Assembly (NCBI GenBank): GCA_965221695.1
Contig: OZ244905.1
Coordinates: 1,984,001 to 2,048,000 of the forward strand
Source of the DNA: Gammaproteobacteria bacterium
GTDB taxonomy: Bacteria; Pseudomonadota; Gammaproteobacteria; Eutrophobiales; Eutrophobiaceae
Reading direction: 5' to 3'
DNA: 64,000 nt
Below the pieces are notes generated by a model, which searched no databases, was not told the DNA's origin, and worked only from the letters and a program-made list of their open reading frames with translations. The position numbers and the translations under genes were made by a program. Positions 9,118 through 19,801 of this stretch are shown here, in pieces; position 1 is the stretch's first letter; each line of letters begins with the position of its first letter.

Positions 9118-10221
9118 AGGAATTCGTCCGGGAACCGGCCAGGCGACGCGCTTCTTCCATCTCAACCTCCAGAGCGGTAACCGGAAGAACAGGACAATGA
9201 CTACGATTAGTAGCAAGTGCGCCCACCACAGGCCGATGAAACCCGGTATGTCATCTCGTTTCAACAAGGTTTTCGCTATGCTCAGCAGGTTGCTGTAAAC
9301 GATGTAAATGAGCAAGGCCACGAATGCGGAAAAGTATTTCTGCTCGCTGAATGAATAACGGCTCAGGGCAAGCGCCAGCACAGGCAACAGTAATGACGAT
9401 ATGACAAACGACAGGCGCCACTGTAGTTCGGCGGCATGTTTGGGGCTGTTGGAAGCCATCAGAGTTGCCGTCGGGAGGGATTCCAGCTTCAGGTATTCAG
9501 TTTGCGTCTCATCCTGTTCAACCAGCACGGCATAAGTCCGATATCGGGTAATACGGTAATCCAGGGAATCCCGGCTCCCGGTATAGCCTCGCCCGTCCTC
9601 GAACAATATAAATTTGCCGCCCGAAGTTTCCCCGTACCGGTAACTGGCGCTGTTTGCGTTGAGCACGCTGGTTTGCCGCCCTTGCCTGACCTGCAGAAAA
9701 ACGTTCTCCATCCGGCTCCTGTCATTCGAGAACTGTTCAATATAGATAACCCGATCTCCTTTGCTCATCTCGTTGAATTTGCCGGCCGCTATGCCGGCGG
9801 TATCCGCTTGCGCTACCGCCCGGGTTCGCAATGTCTCGGTATTCTGCGCGGCCCAAGGCGAAATGTAAAAACTGGTGGCAAAGACGACCAGGGAGAACAA
9901 CAGGGAAAACTGGAGCACAGATAGCATTTCAACGCGCCGCGCGCCGCCCGCAACCGACAGCGCGGTCAATTCCCGATCACGCGCCAGTCTTGACAGGCCC
10001 AGCAATACTGCCAGAAAAACAGCGATAGGCATTAGTTTGGGCAGGGTCGAGAGCATTTTCATCAGCAGGGTCTGTAAAACCAGGTCGGCGGGCAGGGCGC
10101 CGGCGGCGGCATCAGCGAGGTATCTGACAAACCGGTTGCTCATGATGATCAGCAATAGCAGGCCTATGATCCAACCGAGTTTTTCAGCAATTTCTTTGTG
10201 AATATAACGTCGCAGGATCAT
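9106..10221 (-). CDS. lptF: LPS export ABC permease LptF
   Basis: MILRRY..E, AELQWRLS, IGLWWAH; divergent from pepA. Confidence 0.92.
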   Translation of the reverse strand: MILRRYIHKEIAEKLGWIIGLLLLIIMSNRFVRYLADAAAGALPADLVLQTLLMKMLSTLPKLMPIAVFLAVLLGLSRLARDRELTALSVAGGARRVEMLSVLQFSLLFSLVVFATSFYISPWAAQNTETLRTRAVAQADTAGIAAGKFNEMSKGDRVIYIEQFSNDRSRMENVFLQVRQGRQTSVLNANSASYRYGETSGGKFILFEDGRGYTGSRDSLDYRITRYRTYAVLVEQDETQTEYLKLESLPTATLMASNSPKHAAELQWRLSFVISSLLLPVLALALSRYSFSEQKYFSAFVALLIYIVYSNLLSIAKTLLKRDDIPGFIGLWWAHLLLIVVIVLFFRLPLWRLRWKKRVAWPVPGRIPGNL

Positions 10222-10261
10222 AATGCTTGGTTATAATACCGGTTATCGGATACTATTCAGC

Positions 10262-10284
10262 AAGCTCCCACTCAATCAGAGCTT
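10262..10284. repeat. Family A mini-palindrome, degenerate
   Basis: AAGCTCCCACTCAATCAGAGCTT in the lptF/pepA divergent promoter region. Confidence 0.55.
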
Positions 10285-10323
10285 GTTTCGCCACCTTTTA
10301 TTTACACGAATGAACAGAATATC

Positions 10324-11823
10324 ATGGAATACAACATAAAAAGCGGTCGCCCTGAAAAACAACGCAGCTCATGCCTGGTCGTAGGCGTGTATGAAGCCCG
10401 CAAACTGACGCCTGTGGCGCAGGCTGTTGACAACATCAGCGACAAGCTACTGTCGAGTCTGCTACGCAAAGGCGATATGAATGGAAAAATCGGACAGTCG
10501 TTATTGTTGCACAATGTTCCCGGAATCTTTGCCGACCGGCTGCTGCTGGTTGGTTGCGGCAAACAGAAAGAACTGGATGACAGACAATACCGGAAGATCA
10601 TCGTCAACAGCATTAAACAGGTAAAACAGACCGGCGCAATAGACGCCGCCTTTTTCCTACCGGCCCTTGAGGTCAAAAACAGAGATAATGCCTGGAAGAT
10701 ACAAAACACAATAGTGTTTATCGACCATGAGTTGTACCAGTTCAAGGAATTCAAGAGTAAAAACAAGGAGCCAAAAAAATCCCTGCGCCAAATTACTCTG
10801 ATGGTCCCCTCACGCAAGGACCTGCCGGAATGCGAACCCGCGCTGGCACGCGGCATTGCGTTGGCCGCGGGCGTGAAACTGACCCGCGATCTGGCCAACC
10901 GCCCGGCCAATGCCTGCACGCCGACCCACCTGGCCGATCAGGCCGTAGAACTGGGCAAGACGTATGCATCGGTGAAAGTGACGACGCTCGACGAAGCGGA
11001 AATGAAAGACCTGGGCATGAATTCACTGTTATCGGTTTCGCAAGGTAGCGCCCAGCCGGCAAAACTGATCGTTTTCCAGTACCAGGGCGCAGGCGCGGAC
11101 AGCAGGCCGGTCGTGCTGGTGGGAAAAGGCGTCACGTTCGATACTGGCGGTATCTCTATCAAGCCGTCCGCGGCGATGGATGAAATGAAATTTGATATGT
11201 GCGGCGCGGCCTCGGTCTTCGGGGCAGTCGCTGCTGTCGCAGGCATACAACTGCCGATCAACCTGGTGGGTGTAATCCCGGCTGTTGAAAACATGCCCGG
11301 CGACTCCGCGACAAAACCCGGCGACATCTTTACCAGCATGTCCGGACAGACCGTCGAGGTATTGAACACTGACGCGGAAGGCCGCCTGATACTTTGCGAT
11401 GCCCTGACCTATAGCGAACAGTTCGATCCCGTAACCGTGATAGACATAGCCACGCTCACCGGCGCCTGCGTAGTTGCCCTGGGAAAACATGCCACAGGAC
11501 TGCTCAGCAATCATGACCCGCTCGCCGGCGAATTGCTCAAAGCAGGAGAAATCGCGGGCGATCGGGCCTGGCAACTGCCTCTTTGGGAAGAATACGAGAA
11601 ACAACTGGAGAGCCCGTTTGCCGATATGGCCAATATCGGCGGACGCGATGCCGGCACGATAACCGCCGCCTGTTTCCTGGCGAAATTTGCCAAAAAATAC
11701 CAGTGGGCGCATCTGGATATTGCCGGAACCGCGTGGGTAAGCGGGAAAAACAAGTGCGCGACAGGCCGGCCAGTTCCATTACTGACGCAATACCTTATCC
11801 AGCATTGCGAAGACCAGAGCTGA
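10324..11823 (+). CDS. pepA: Leucyl aminopeptidase A
   Basis: VGKGVTFDTGG, MKFDM, NTDAEGRL, HLDIAG. Confidence 0.97.
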   Translation: MEYNIKSGRPEKQRSSCLVVGVYEARKLTPVAQAVDNISDKLLSSLLRKGDMNGKIGQSLLLHNVPGIFADRLLLVGCGKQKELDDRQYRKIIVNSIKQVKQTGAIDAAFFLPALEVKNRDNAWKIQNTIVFIDHELYQFKEFKSKNKEPKKSLRQITLMVPSRKDLPECEPALARGIALAAGVKLTRDLANRPANACTPTHLADQAVELGKTYASVKVTTLDEAEMKDLGMNSLLSVSQGSAQPAKLIVFQYQGAGADSRPVVLVGKGVTFDTGGISIKPSAAMDEMKFDMCGAASVFGAVAAVAGIQLPINLVGVIPAVENMPGDSATKPGDIFTSMSGQTVEVLNTDAEGRLILCDALTYSEQFDPVTVIDIATLTGACVVALGKHATGLLSNHDPLAGELLKAGEIAGDRAWQLPLWEEYEKQLESPFADMANIGGRDAGTITAACFLAKFAKKYQWAHLDIAGTAWVSGKNKCATGRPVPLLTQYLIQHCEDQS

Positions 11824-11830
11824 AGGCGGT

Positions 11831-12271
11831 ATGGCCAGAGCTGATTTTTATATCGTCAACGAGTCCGTTATGCCTTACCGCTTTGTCTGCCAGCTTGCCG
11901 ATAAAATCAGGAATGAGGGCTATGATATCTATATCCACGCGGCTTCCCGGGAAGAAGCGGCGTCCTTGGACGACCTGCTCTGGACCTTCAGGGATATCAG
12001 TTTCTTGCCCCACATTGCCATTGATGCCGGTGAATCCGTGGTGGAAGACTCCCCGATAGTCATCGGCTGGGAGGGCGAAGCGCCGTTAGCGCGCCGGGCT
12101 CTAATCAACCTGTCCGGCGCCGCGCCCGACAACCCGGACGCGTATGAGCGAATTCTAGAGGTGGTTCCATCCGAACCGGCCGGCCGCCAACAGGCCAGGC
12201 TGCGCTACAGGGATTACCGCGCCAAGGGGTTGGAGATGCATAGCCACAATATCGATTCCAGCCATGTCTGA
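11831..12271 (+). CDS. holC: DNA polymerase III chi subunit
   Basis: ADFY, LDDLLWTF..SFLPH, ARLRYRDY; pepA-holC-valS synteny. Confidence 0.92.
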   Translation: MARADFYIVNESVMPYRFVCQLADKIRNEGYDIYIHAASREEAASLDDLLWTFRDISFLPHIAIDAGESVVEDSPIVIGWEGEAPLARRALINLSGAAPDNPDAYERILEVVPSEPAGRQQARLRYRDYRAKGLEMHSHNIDSSHV

Positions 12272-12497
12272 CTCCGGTCGCCCGGCCACAACAAACGGCA
12301 ACAGCTCGCCGGGGCAGGACAGCAAAGTTGGAACCCGAAAACGGTTGCCTAAGCTGCGCGATCAGGTCAGGCAGACTGACATACCGACACTGGCTCAACC
12401 CGTGGCTGCGCCTGCGCTCGATGAACAAATTCCGACGCTTGAAGAAACTTCCTCCAAATTCGAGCAGGCCATCCCCGTAGTTGACCGGAATGGATAA
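12264..12497 (+). CDS. Small hypothetical protein with IPTL repeats
   Basis: Overlaps holC stop and valS start; DIPTL/QIPTL/AIPVV motifs. Confidence 0.5.
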   Translation: MSDSGRPATTNGNSSPGQDSKVGTRKRLPKLRDQVRQTDIPTLAQPVAAPALDEQIPTLEETSSKFEQAIPVVDRNG

Positions 12498-15312
12498 GAC
12501 CTACAACCCAAAAACCATCGAGTCTCGCTGGTACGTCATGTGGGAACAGCAGGGTTATTTCAAGCCCCGGGGAGGCGCCAACCGTTACAGCATTGCCCTG
12601 CCGCCCCCCAACGTGACGGGCAGTTTGCACATGGGGCATGCCTTCCAGCAGACCCTGATGGACATATTAATTCGCTACCAGCGCATGCGCGGGACCGACA
12701 CCTTGTGGCAATGCGGAACCGATCACGCCGGCATTGCCACACAGATGGTGGTGGAACGGCAGTTGGAGGGCAAGGGCAGGTCGCGACATGACCTGGGACG
12801 GGAAAAGTTCGTCGAGGCGGTATGGGATTGGAAGGAACGCTCCGGCAGCGCCATCACCCGGCAGTCCCGGCGCCTGGGCGCATCCATGGATTGGAGCCGG
12901 GAACGTTTCACCATGGATGAAGGTCTCTCCCATGCGGTTCGGGAGGTATTCATCCGCTTGTACGATGAGGGCCTCATCTACCGCGGCAAACGGCTGGTCA
13001 ACTGGGACCCGGTATTGCATACAGCCGTCTCCGACCTGGAGGTGCAGACACAAGAAGAAGCAGGCCATCTCTGGCATATTCGCTATCCGTTCACTGATGG
13101 CAACGGCTGTCTGGTGGTGGCGACGACACGCCCCGAAACCATGCTGGGAGACACCGCAGTCGCAGTGCACCCGGACGACAGCCGCTACCTGGAACGGGTG
13201 GGAAAGACCGTGACATTGCCACTGACGGGGCGCGCCATCCCCGTTATTGCCGACGAGCAGGTGGATCCCGAATTCGGCACCGGTTGCGTTAAAATCACAC
13301 CGGCCCATGATTTCAACGATTACGAGATGGGGCTGCGCCACGATCTGCCGCTGGTAAACATCTTCACCATTGACGCCGCAATCAATGACAACGCGCCGTC
13401 CGCATATCGTGGTATGGATCGCTACGTTGCGCGCCGACAGATCATCAAGGACCTCGAAGATCAGGAGTTGATCGAGAAAATTGAAGACCACACCCTGATG
13501 GCGCCCCGTGGCGATCGCTCCGGTGCGGTGATCGAACCCTACCTGACCGACCAATGGTATGTGAAGATTCAACCGCTGGCGGACCCGGCCATTGCCGCGG
13601 TGGAAAACGGCGCCATCCGCTTTGTCCCGGAGAACTGGTCAAAAACCTATTTCGAGTGGATGCGCAACATCAAAGACTGGTGCATATCCCGCCAGCTCTG
13701 GTGGGGACACCGCATCCCGGCCTGGTATGACGCGCAGGGAAATATCTATGTCGGCAAAGACGAGGCTGATGTCCGAAAAAAATACCAACTCGACAATGGC
13801 GCGCGCCTCACCCAGGACCCGGATGTGCTGGACACCTGGTTTTCCTCAGCCTTGTGGCCTTTCTCCACGCTGGGCTGGCCGGAACGGAGTTCGGAGCTGG
13901 AGCGATTCTACCCGACCAGTGTGCTGGTTACCGGTTTTGACATTATTTTCTTCTGGGTCGCCAGAATGATCATGATGGGACTGAAATTCATGGGCGATGT
14001 GCCGTTCCGGGAGGTGTACGTCACCGGTCTGGTGCGCGACCCCGAGGGCCAGAAGATGTCCAAGTCCAAGGGTAATATCCTGGATCCACTGGACCTGATT
14101 GACGGTATCGAACTGCAGCCACTGCTGAAAAAACAGACTGAAAGCCTGATGCAGCCGCAGTTACAGAGCAAGATAGAAAAAGCGACACGCAAACGGTTTC
14201 CGGACGGCATCCCTGCGTTCGGAACGGATGCGTTGCGTTTTACCTTTGCCCAGCTTGCTACGCAGGGGCGCGACATCCGCTTTGATACGGGACGGATCCA
14301 GGGTTATCGCAACTTCTGCAACAAACTCTGGAATGCATCCCGGTATGTCCTGCTCTGTGTCGCGGAGCATGACCTGGACCTCCGAACCGGCGATACGGAG
14401 TACGGGAGCGCGGAACGCTGGATAAGCATCCGGCTGGGCCAGGCCACGCGCCAGGTTGTCCAGGGCATTGCCGATTATCGCTTCGACCTGGCGGCCCAGG
14501 CTCTGTACGAGTTCACCTGGGATGAATATTGCGACTGGTACGTGGAATTATCGAAGGCCGCGCTGAACGACCCGCGGTCTACCATTGAATACAAGCGGGG
14601 TATCCTGCTCACCTTGTTGACCGATCTGGAAATGCTGCTGCGCCTGTTGCATCCGTTCATACCTTTTATTACCGAAGAACTCTGGCACAGGATCGCTGCC
14701 CAGTTGGACCGGGACGGCGACACGATCATGTTGCAGCCTTATCCCTCCACCGAGGAGATAGCTGGCATGATCGGCATGGAAGCGCTCGCGCAAACCGATT
14801 GGCAAAGCGTTGTGAAGGAGAACGCCGAGGCGCTGGCGGAGATGGATTGGCTGAAATCCTTTGTCCTGGGAGTGCGGCGCATCCGGGCTGAACGAGACAT
14901 CGCGCCCAGGAAACCGCTGGACATAAAAGTCAAAGGCGGCAGCGCGCAAGAACAGGCATGGCTGAACGCAAACGCTAACAGGATACAAGCGCTGACCAGT
15001 GTGAATGATATTACGCAGGTTGAGATGGAACCCGATGACGCAATCACAGCGCAGGCCGGTTCGATGATGTTGATGGCGCTGCTGGCCGACCTGATCGACC
15101 CCGCTGCTGAGGCTGAAAAATTGAATAAACAATTAGCGCGGCTTAATACCGACAGGGAACGGCTGGATGGGAAGCTTCAAAATCGCAACTTCACCGATAA
15201 AGCGCCGCCTGCAATCGTGCAAAAGGAACGTGATAAACTGGCAGACATGAACACAGCGGCTGAAAGGCTGACCGAACAGCTTGAGCGCATCAGCAGATTA
15301 AGGAACCTCTGA
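12490..15312 (+). CDS. valS: Valine--tRNA ligase
   Basis: [30 protein letters not shown]-terminal coiled coil. Confidence 0.98.
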   Translation: MDKTYNPKTIESRWYVMWEQQGYFKPRGGANRYSIALPPPNVTGSLHMGHAFQQTLMDILIRYQRMRGTDTLWQCGTDHAGIATQMVVERQLEGKGRSRHDLGREKFVEAVWDWKERSGSAITRQSRRLGASMDWSRERFTMDEGLSHAVREVFIRLYDEGLIYRGKRLVNWDPVLHTAVSDLEVQTQEEAGHLWHIRYPFTDGNGCLVVATTRPETMLGDTAVAVHPDDSRYLERVGKTVTLPLTGRAIPVIADEQVDPEFGTGCVKITPAHDFNDYEMGLRHDLPLVNIFTIDAAINDNAPSAYRGMDRYVARRQIIKDLEDQELIEKIEDHTLMAPRGDRSGAVIEPYLTDQWYVKIQPLADPAIAAVENGAIRFVPENWSKTYFEWMRNIKDWCISRQLWWGHRIPAWYDAQGNIYVGKDEADVRKKYQLDNGARLTQDPDVLDTWFSSALWPFSTLGWPERSSELERFYPTSVLVTGFDIIFFWVARMIMMGLKFMGDVPFREVYVTGLVRDPEGQKMSKSKGNILDPLDLIDGIELQPLLKKQTESLMQPQLQSKIEKATRKRFPDGIPAFGTDALRFTFAQLATQGRDIRFDTGRIQGYRNFCNKLWNASRYVLLCVAEHDLDLRTGDTEYGSAERWISIRLGQATRQVVQGIADYRFDLAAQALYEFTWDEYCDWYVELSKAALNDPRSTIEYKRGILLTLLTDLEMLLRLLHPFIPFITEELWHRIAAQLDRDGDTIMLQPYPSTEEIAGMIGMEALAQTDWQSVVKENAEALAEMDWLKSFVLGVRRIRAERDIAPRKPLDIKVKGGSAQEQAWLNANANRIQALTSVNDITQVEMEPDDAITAQAGSMMLMALLADLIDPAAEAEKLNKQLARLNTDRERLDGKLQNRNFTDKAPPAIVQKERDKLADMNTAAERLTEQLERISRLRNL

Positions 15313-15328
15313 TTCAGTCAGAGCTATG
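15302..15328. repeat. Family A mini-palindrome with TTAA duplication; supplies the valS stop
   Basis: TTAA-GGAACCTCTGATTCAGTCAGAGCTATG-TTAA. Confidence 0.8.
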
Positions 15329-15341
15329 TTAACCAAATAAA

Positions 15342-15368
15342 TGAAACTCTGACTTAACCAGAGACTCC
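15342..15368. repeat. Family A mini-palindrome upstream of cysE
   Basis: TGAAACTCTGACTTAACCAGAGACTCC. Confidence 0.75.
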
Positions 15369-15382
15369 AACATAATGCAACC

Positions 15383-16093
15383 ATGTTCGAAACTCTGAAA
15401 GAAGACATACAGGTAGTGTTCGAGCGGGATCCCGCCTCCCGCAGCGCGCTGGAAACGCTGATCGCCTGCCCCGGTTTGCACGCGATCATGCTGCATCGCA
15501 TAAACCATTGGCTATGGAGAAAAAAACTCTACCTACTGGCCCGCTTCTGCGCGCATATTGCGCGCTTCCTGACGGGCGTGGAGATCCATCCCGGCGCAAT
15601 GGTAGGCCGGCGCCTGTTTATCGATCATGGTATGGGCATCGTCATCGGCGAGACCTCCGAGATCGGCGATGATTGCTCCATCTACCACGGCGTCACCCTG
15701 GGCGGCACCACCTGGCAGAAGGGCAAACGCCATCCCACGCTCAAAAACGGTGTCATCATCGGCGCCGGCGCCAAGGCGCTGGGACCGATTACCTTGGGCG
15801 ACAATGTCAGGATCGGCTCCAACGCGGTGGTAGTCAAGGATGTGCCAGACAACGCCACCGTTGTCGGCATACCCGGACGGGTGATTGCCAGGGAATCAAA
15901 GGCGGAAGAGGAGCTCAAGAAAGCGCAACGCGAGGCCATGGCCAGGAAGATCGGTTTTGACGCATATGGCGGCAGCCGGGACATGCCGGACCCGATACAG
16001 AACACCCTCGACGCGCTGCTCGACCACATGCACAAAATGGACCAGGAACTGGAAGAGATGAAGCAAAAACTACCCGCTGATGACGCAGATTAA
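15383..16093 (+). CDS. cysE: Serine O-acetyltransferase
   Basis: [29 protein letters not shown], hexapeptide repeats. Confidence 0.96.
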   Translation: MFETLKEDIQVVFERDPASRSALETLIACPGLHAIMLHRINHWLWRKKLYLLARFCAHIARFLTGVEIHPGAMVGRRLFIDHGMGIVIGETSEIGDDCSIYHGVTLGGTTWQKGKRHPTLKNGVIIGAGAKALGPITLGDNVRIGSNAVVVKDVPDNATVVGIPGRVIARESKAEEELKKAQREAMARKIGFDAYGGSRDMPDPIQNTLDALLDHMHKMDQELEEMKQKLPADDAD

Positions 16094-16097
16094 CACG

Positions 16098-16122
16098 GGA
16101 ACCTCTTTGAGTCAGAGCTTCC
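16098..16122. repeat. Family A mini-palindrome (2-nt deletion)
   Basis: GGAACCTCTTTGAGTCAGAGCTTCC between convergent genes. Confidence 0.7.
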
Positions 16123-16145
16123 ACAGATAAAACAACTGTTTGCAG

Positions 16146-16979
16146 TTACATGCTTTGTGTCAGTCGGGTGAGGCCGGGATAGTCACTAGCGGACAAAAGA
16201 AATTTCCGGGCGCTTTCGCCCAGACCTTGGTGTGCGCTTAACCGCTGCCGGGCCTGCTGTGCGGAACGGATTTCTGAACCGCCGATGGCAGAGATGCCGC
16301 GGGTAAACAGGGGATCCGGGAAGAAGCCGGCAGTCGGACCGATGATCACTCTCTTTTGCGCTCCACGGGAATATTCCAGCAACGCATCAATTGAATTGTT
16401 CAACAGGGTAGATGCCGTGATCATTACCTTGTTGCAACCTTCCAGTTTGCGCGGGTCAGCGCTGACCAGGAAATTCTCCTGCTGATTGTGGAACTGCGGC
16501 TTTGTTTCGATGACTGTCAGCCTGTTGCCGTTGTTCCTGAGCCGCTTTACCAACGACGGGAAATAGCCCACCATGCCCACATGGTCGGCGCTGGCAATAT
16601 CCAGAAACCCCATTGAATCCGGCGCGTCCATGGGCGATAACCTGGCCTTTCGGAATACATGGCGCGTGATCGCGTTTATCGCGGCCAAACCCAGGGAACA
16701 ATCCGCCTCGTCATCACTGTCGCAGTAGCGCGCCAGATCGATGGGGCGTCCGCCCCGGAACTCATCCGGTTGATAGCGATTGCCCATGCCTTTCTGCGAA
16801 GCGCCCAGCCAAGCATAGTAGAGTCCTGCGGAGCCATCCCGTAATGTCACGATGCCGAACTCGGTATGACGTTCCGGACCGGGGTCGGGCTCCGGGATGT
16901 ATACCCAGTCAATTGGTGGCAGGTCAACAGCATCCGCAACGGTTTCCACCAGTTGCAGCAGGTCGGCTTTTATGGTCAC
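16146..16979 (-). CDS. DUF364/DUF4213-like Rossmann-fold protein
   Basis: LGLAAINA, VGMVGYF, ITASTLLNNS, IGPTA; GTG start overlaps upstream stop. Confidence 0.75.
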   Translation of the reverse strand: MTIKADLLQLVETVADAVDLPPIDWVYIPEPDPGPERHTEFGIVTLRDGSAGLYYAWLGASQKGMGNRYQPDEFRGGRPIDLARYCDSDDEADCSLGLAAINAITRHVFRKARLSPMDAPDSMGFLDIASADHVGMVGYFPSLVKRLRNNGNRLTVIETKPQFHNQQENFLVSADPRKLEGCNKVMITASTLLNNSIDALLEYSRGAQKRVIIGPTAGFFPDPLFTRGISAIGGSEIRSAQQARQRLSAHQGLGESARKFLLSASDYPGLTRLTQSM

Positions 16980-18022
16980 TATTGCTTTTGGCCTGCAACT
17001 ATGGCCGTGTACGCGCTGCCGGTCAAGGGATTTACTGCGGTCACCTGAAGCCCGGCAACGGCGAAGATTTCGCTATATTCTCCTGCTGTGTAAGTATCGC
17101 CGGCGGGAGTCTGGCGCAGCATGTGCAGGTCAAATCCTGCGACAAAAGGTGGAGATATCCGATCTTCGTTGGGGACAAATTCCAGTGTGTAAATTTTGCC
17201 GTCGGCCGCCAGGGCATCCTTCATGCGCGCCAGAAACTTTGAGCAGGTTGCCGCATCGAAGTGGTGTAGGAAATTGCATAGCAGGATCACCTTGTAGCCG
17301 GTCCCGGTTTCCACCTCAAAGGCGCTGCCCGGGATGGCGTGGTAACGTTGCCCGAGTCCAGCCTGGCGCGCATTCTCCTGCGCCACCTCCAGGACATTGG
17401 GCCAGTCCACCGCGAAAATCTCTGCCCCTGGATGCTTTTGCGCCAGGGTTATGCCGAAAATACCTGAACCGGCCGCAATGTCCAGCGTGCTGACCCGATC
17501 CCCGAAATTCGTTCCGCCAAGGTCGGCACATATTAAATCAGCCAACAGGGCCGCTGGCATACGGTTCAGGCTGGTCATGGATCGGGCAAACGTGACCCAC
17601 ATGGGGTGTCCGGGCACATCGGACCCTGCCACGGATGTCGCCACGCCGCCTTTCCTCACCGCGCTGGCCACATCGCCGATATCCCTGATGAAAAACGGGT
17701 CGAGCAGGAAGTCCACGACATCTCCCATGTAAGCGGGGGAGTTGCGGTCCAGGAACACCGCTGAGTCGCCTGTCAGAGAATAGCTTGAACCGGATTTCTC
17801 CAGCAAACCCATCACACAAAGATAATCACACAGAATGCGCATGCCACGCGGGTCCGTTTGGCAACGCTCTGCCAGGGTCTTCGCAGTATCGGCGCCCTGT
17901 CCCAAGGCGGTAAAAACATCCAGCTCCACCGCGCCCTTTATCGCAGCGGAGTCACGGTAGGCCATGACCGCTTTGAGAAAAAGTTCGGGGGAAGGTTGAC
18001 TATCCCGGCTCATGTCGATCAT
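16979..18022 (-). CDS. SAM-dependent methyltransferase (dimerisation + Methyltransf_2 type)
   Basis: AVELDVFT N-terminal domain, LDIAAGSG, NFLHHF; start 18022 or 18082. Confidence 0.85.
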   Translation of the reverse strand: MIDMSRDSQPSPELFLKAVMAYRDSAAIKGAVELDVFTALGQGADTAKTLAERCQTDPRGMRILCDYLCVMGLLEKSGSSYSLTGDSAVFLDRNSPAYMGDVVDFLLDPFFIRDIGDVASAVRKGGVATSVAGSDVPGHPMWVTFARSMTSLNRMPAALLADLICADLGGTNFGDRVSTLDIAAGSGIFGITLAQKHPGAEIFAVDWPNVLEVAQENARQAGLGQRYHAIPGSAFEVETGTGYKVILLCNFLHHFDAATCSKFLARMKDALAADGKIYTLEFVPNEDRISPPFVAGFDLHMLRQTPAGDTYTAGEYSEIFAVAGLQVTAVNPLTGSAYTAIVAGQKQ

Positions 18023-18141
18023 TTGTTGTGCTTCCTGGTTTAGTATCGTTTCGGAACGGTTAGAAGCATTGCAATATACCATGTAAGTTATGGCTTTTTT
18101 ATCTATACTTTGAGATGGAGAACTAACGACAGAATCACTTT

Positions 18142-18732
18142 ATGACTTCATTACGGCTGATTTCGCTGGTTTTGCTTGCGGCATTGCTCTTGCCCCCTGT
18201 GAACGGTTACACCCAGTCGATGAGCATTATCGGCGGCGGTTCCTTCGCGCGTAACTGCTACATGGCCGCGACCCTTGCCATACAGATGAACTCCTCGTCC
18301 AGAGAAGACCTGGAGGACTGTAATCTGGCGATTGCCCACGGCAAGCTGCAGCGCAAGGACCTGCTGGCCACCTATGTTAACCGGGGCATCATCTATGCCG
18401 CCATGGAAGAATACCAGTTGGCCATGCAAAACTACGGAGCTGCCATCGATCTTGGCCCGAAAACCGGCGAAGTCTATGTCAACCTGGGTAATATCTACTT
18501 GCTCGCCCAAAAATTCGACTCGGCGATACAGCAATACACCATCGCCATCGAATTGACCCTGGCCAAAGACCACATTGCCCATTACAACCGCGGAATGGCT
18601 TACGAAAACAACCTGGAGTTTGACAACGCCGAAGCCGACTACCGCAAGGCCATAGAATTATCGCCCGAGTGGTTCCTGCCTCAACTGCGCCTGGAACGCC
18701 TCCGGAAAAAAGCTGAGGAGCAAAATACCTGA
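18142..18732 (+). CDS. Exported TPR-repeat protein
   Basis: Signal peptide; three TPRs (YVNRG, YVNLG, HYNRG). Confidence 0.85.
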   Translation: MTSLRLISLVLLAALLLPPVNGYTQSMSIIGGGSFARNCYMAATLAIQMNSSSREDLEDCNLAIAHGKLQRKDLLATYVNRGIIYAAMEEYQLAMQNYGAAIDLGPKTGEVYVNLGNIYLLAQKFDSAIQQYTIAIELTLAKDHIAHYNRGMAYENNLEFDNAEADYRKAIELSPEWFLPQLRLERLRKKAEEQNT

Positions 18733-18901
18733 CCTGGCCCGTTCACAACGATTGTTTGTCGTACTTCCTACGATCTGTTGTTTTGGTTTTCCATAAATTC
18801 GCAAGCATGGATTGGGTTCTTGTCCATAAGAAGCCTCTGGTTGTATTGAGATAATAGCGCCAATAATTTTATTGAATGTCCTGTGTTTTTGTGACGGGGA
18901 A

Positions 18902-18926
18902 ATACTTGACTAAAATAGTCGGATAT
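18902..18926. promoter_or_regulatory. IscR type-1 operator overlapping the iscR promoter
   Basis: ATACTTGACTAAAATAGTCGGATAT fits ATASYYGACTRWWWYAGTCRRSTAT with one mismatch; contains TTGACT -35. Confidence 0.85.
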
Positions 18927-18967
18927 GTAAAAATATTCGTTCTTTTAAACAGTTCGTGGCGTTTGCT

Positions 18968-19417
18968 ATGCGATTGACAACAAAAGGACGGTATGCCGTT
19001 ACAGCCATGCTGGACCTGGCTTTGCATGAAAACTTCGGTCCCGTCAACCTGATGGAGATATCCAAACGTCAGGGGATATCCTTGATGTATCTGGAGCAAT
19101 TGTTCCTGCGCCTGAGAAAGAGTGGTCTGATAGTCAGCGCGCGCGGCCCCGGTGGGGGTTACCGGTTACAGCAGCCCGGGTCGGATATCTCCGTGGCGGA
19201 CGTGATTCGCGCGGTTGACGAACAGGTTGACGCAACCCGCTGTGGCGGCCATAAAAACTGCCAGGCTGACCAGCCTTGCCTGACGCACGACCTGTGGGAA
19301 GACCTGAGTTTGCACATTACCAGCTTTCTCAGTGACATAAGCCTGTCCGACCTGGTCCAGCGAAGCTCCGTAAAACAGGTCTCAGCCAGACAGGACCAGG
19401 TGATGTTTCGCGTATGA
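18968..19417 (+). CDS. iscR: Fe-S assembly regulator IscR (Rrf2)
   Basis: [18 protein letters not shown]; C-x5-C-x5-C-x2-H ligands ([16 protein letters not shown]). Confidence 0.94.
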   Translation: MRLTTKGRYAVTAMLDLALHENFGPVNLMEISKRQGISLMYLEQLFLRLRKSGLIVSARGPGGGYRLQQPGSDISVADVIRAVDEQVDATRCGGHKNCQADQPCLTHDLWEDLSLHITSFLSDISLSDLVQRSSVKQVSARQDQVMFRV

Positions 19418-19441
19418 GCAGCAATATGACAGAGGTAAATT

Positions 19442-19798
19442 ATGCCGAATAATGAAATAGCGCTGACCGAGCGCGCCGCCAGGCATGTCAAAACCTACCT
19501 GGCCAAAAATGCCGGGGGGATCGGTCTGCGAGTCGGGGTCAAACCTACGGGCTGCTCCGGTTACCAGTATGTGGTCGAAACCGCAGAGGTCGTAAATGAC
19601 CACGACAGCTCGTTTGAATCCAACGGCGTCACCGTCGTCATCGATGCGCAGAGCCTGCGATACCTGGCCGGAACACAACTGGATTTCGTCAAGGAGGGCC
19701 TGAATGAGGGCTTCAGATTCCACAACCCCAACGTCAGTCAGACCTGCGGTTGTGGCGAGAGTTTCAGTATTTCCGACGATCAACCGGGCAACGGGTAG
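19442..19798 (+). CDS. sufA: A-type Fe-S carrier (SufA/IscA)
   Basis: GCSG and CGCGESF motifs; first gene of the suf cluster. Confidence 0.85.
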   Translation: MPNNEIALTERAARHVKTYLAKNAGGIGLRVGVKPTGCSGYQYVVETAEVVNDHDSSFESNGVTVVIDAQSLRYLAGTQLDFVKEGLNEGFRFHNPNVSQTCGCGESFSISDDQPGNG

Positions 19799-19801
19799 AC
19801 C

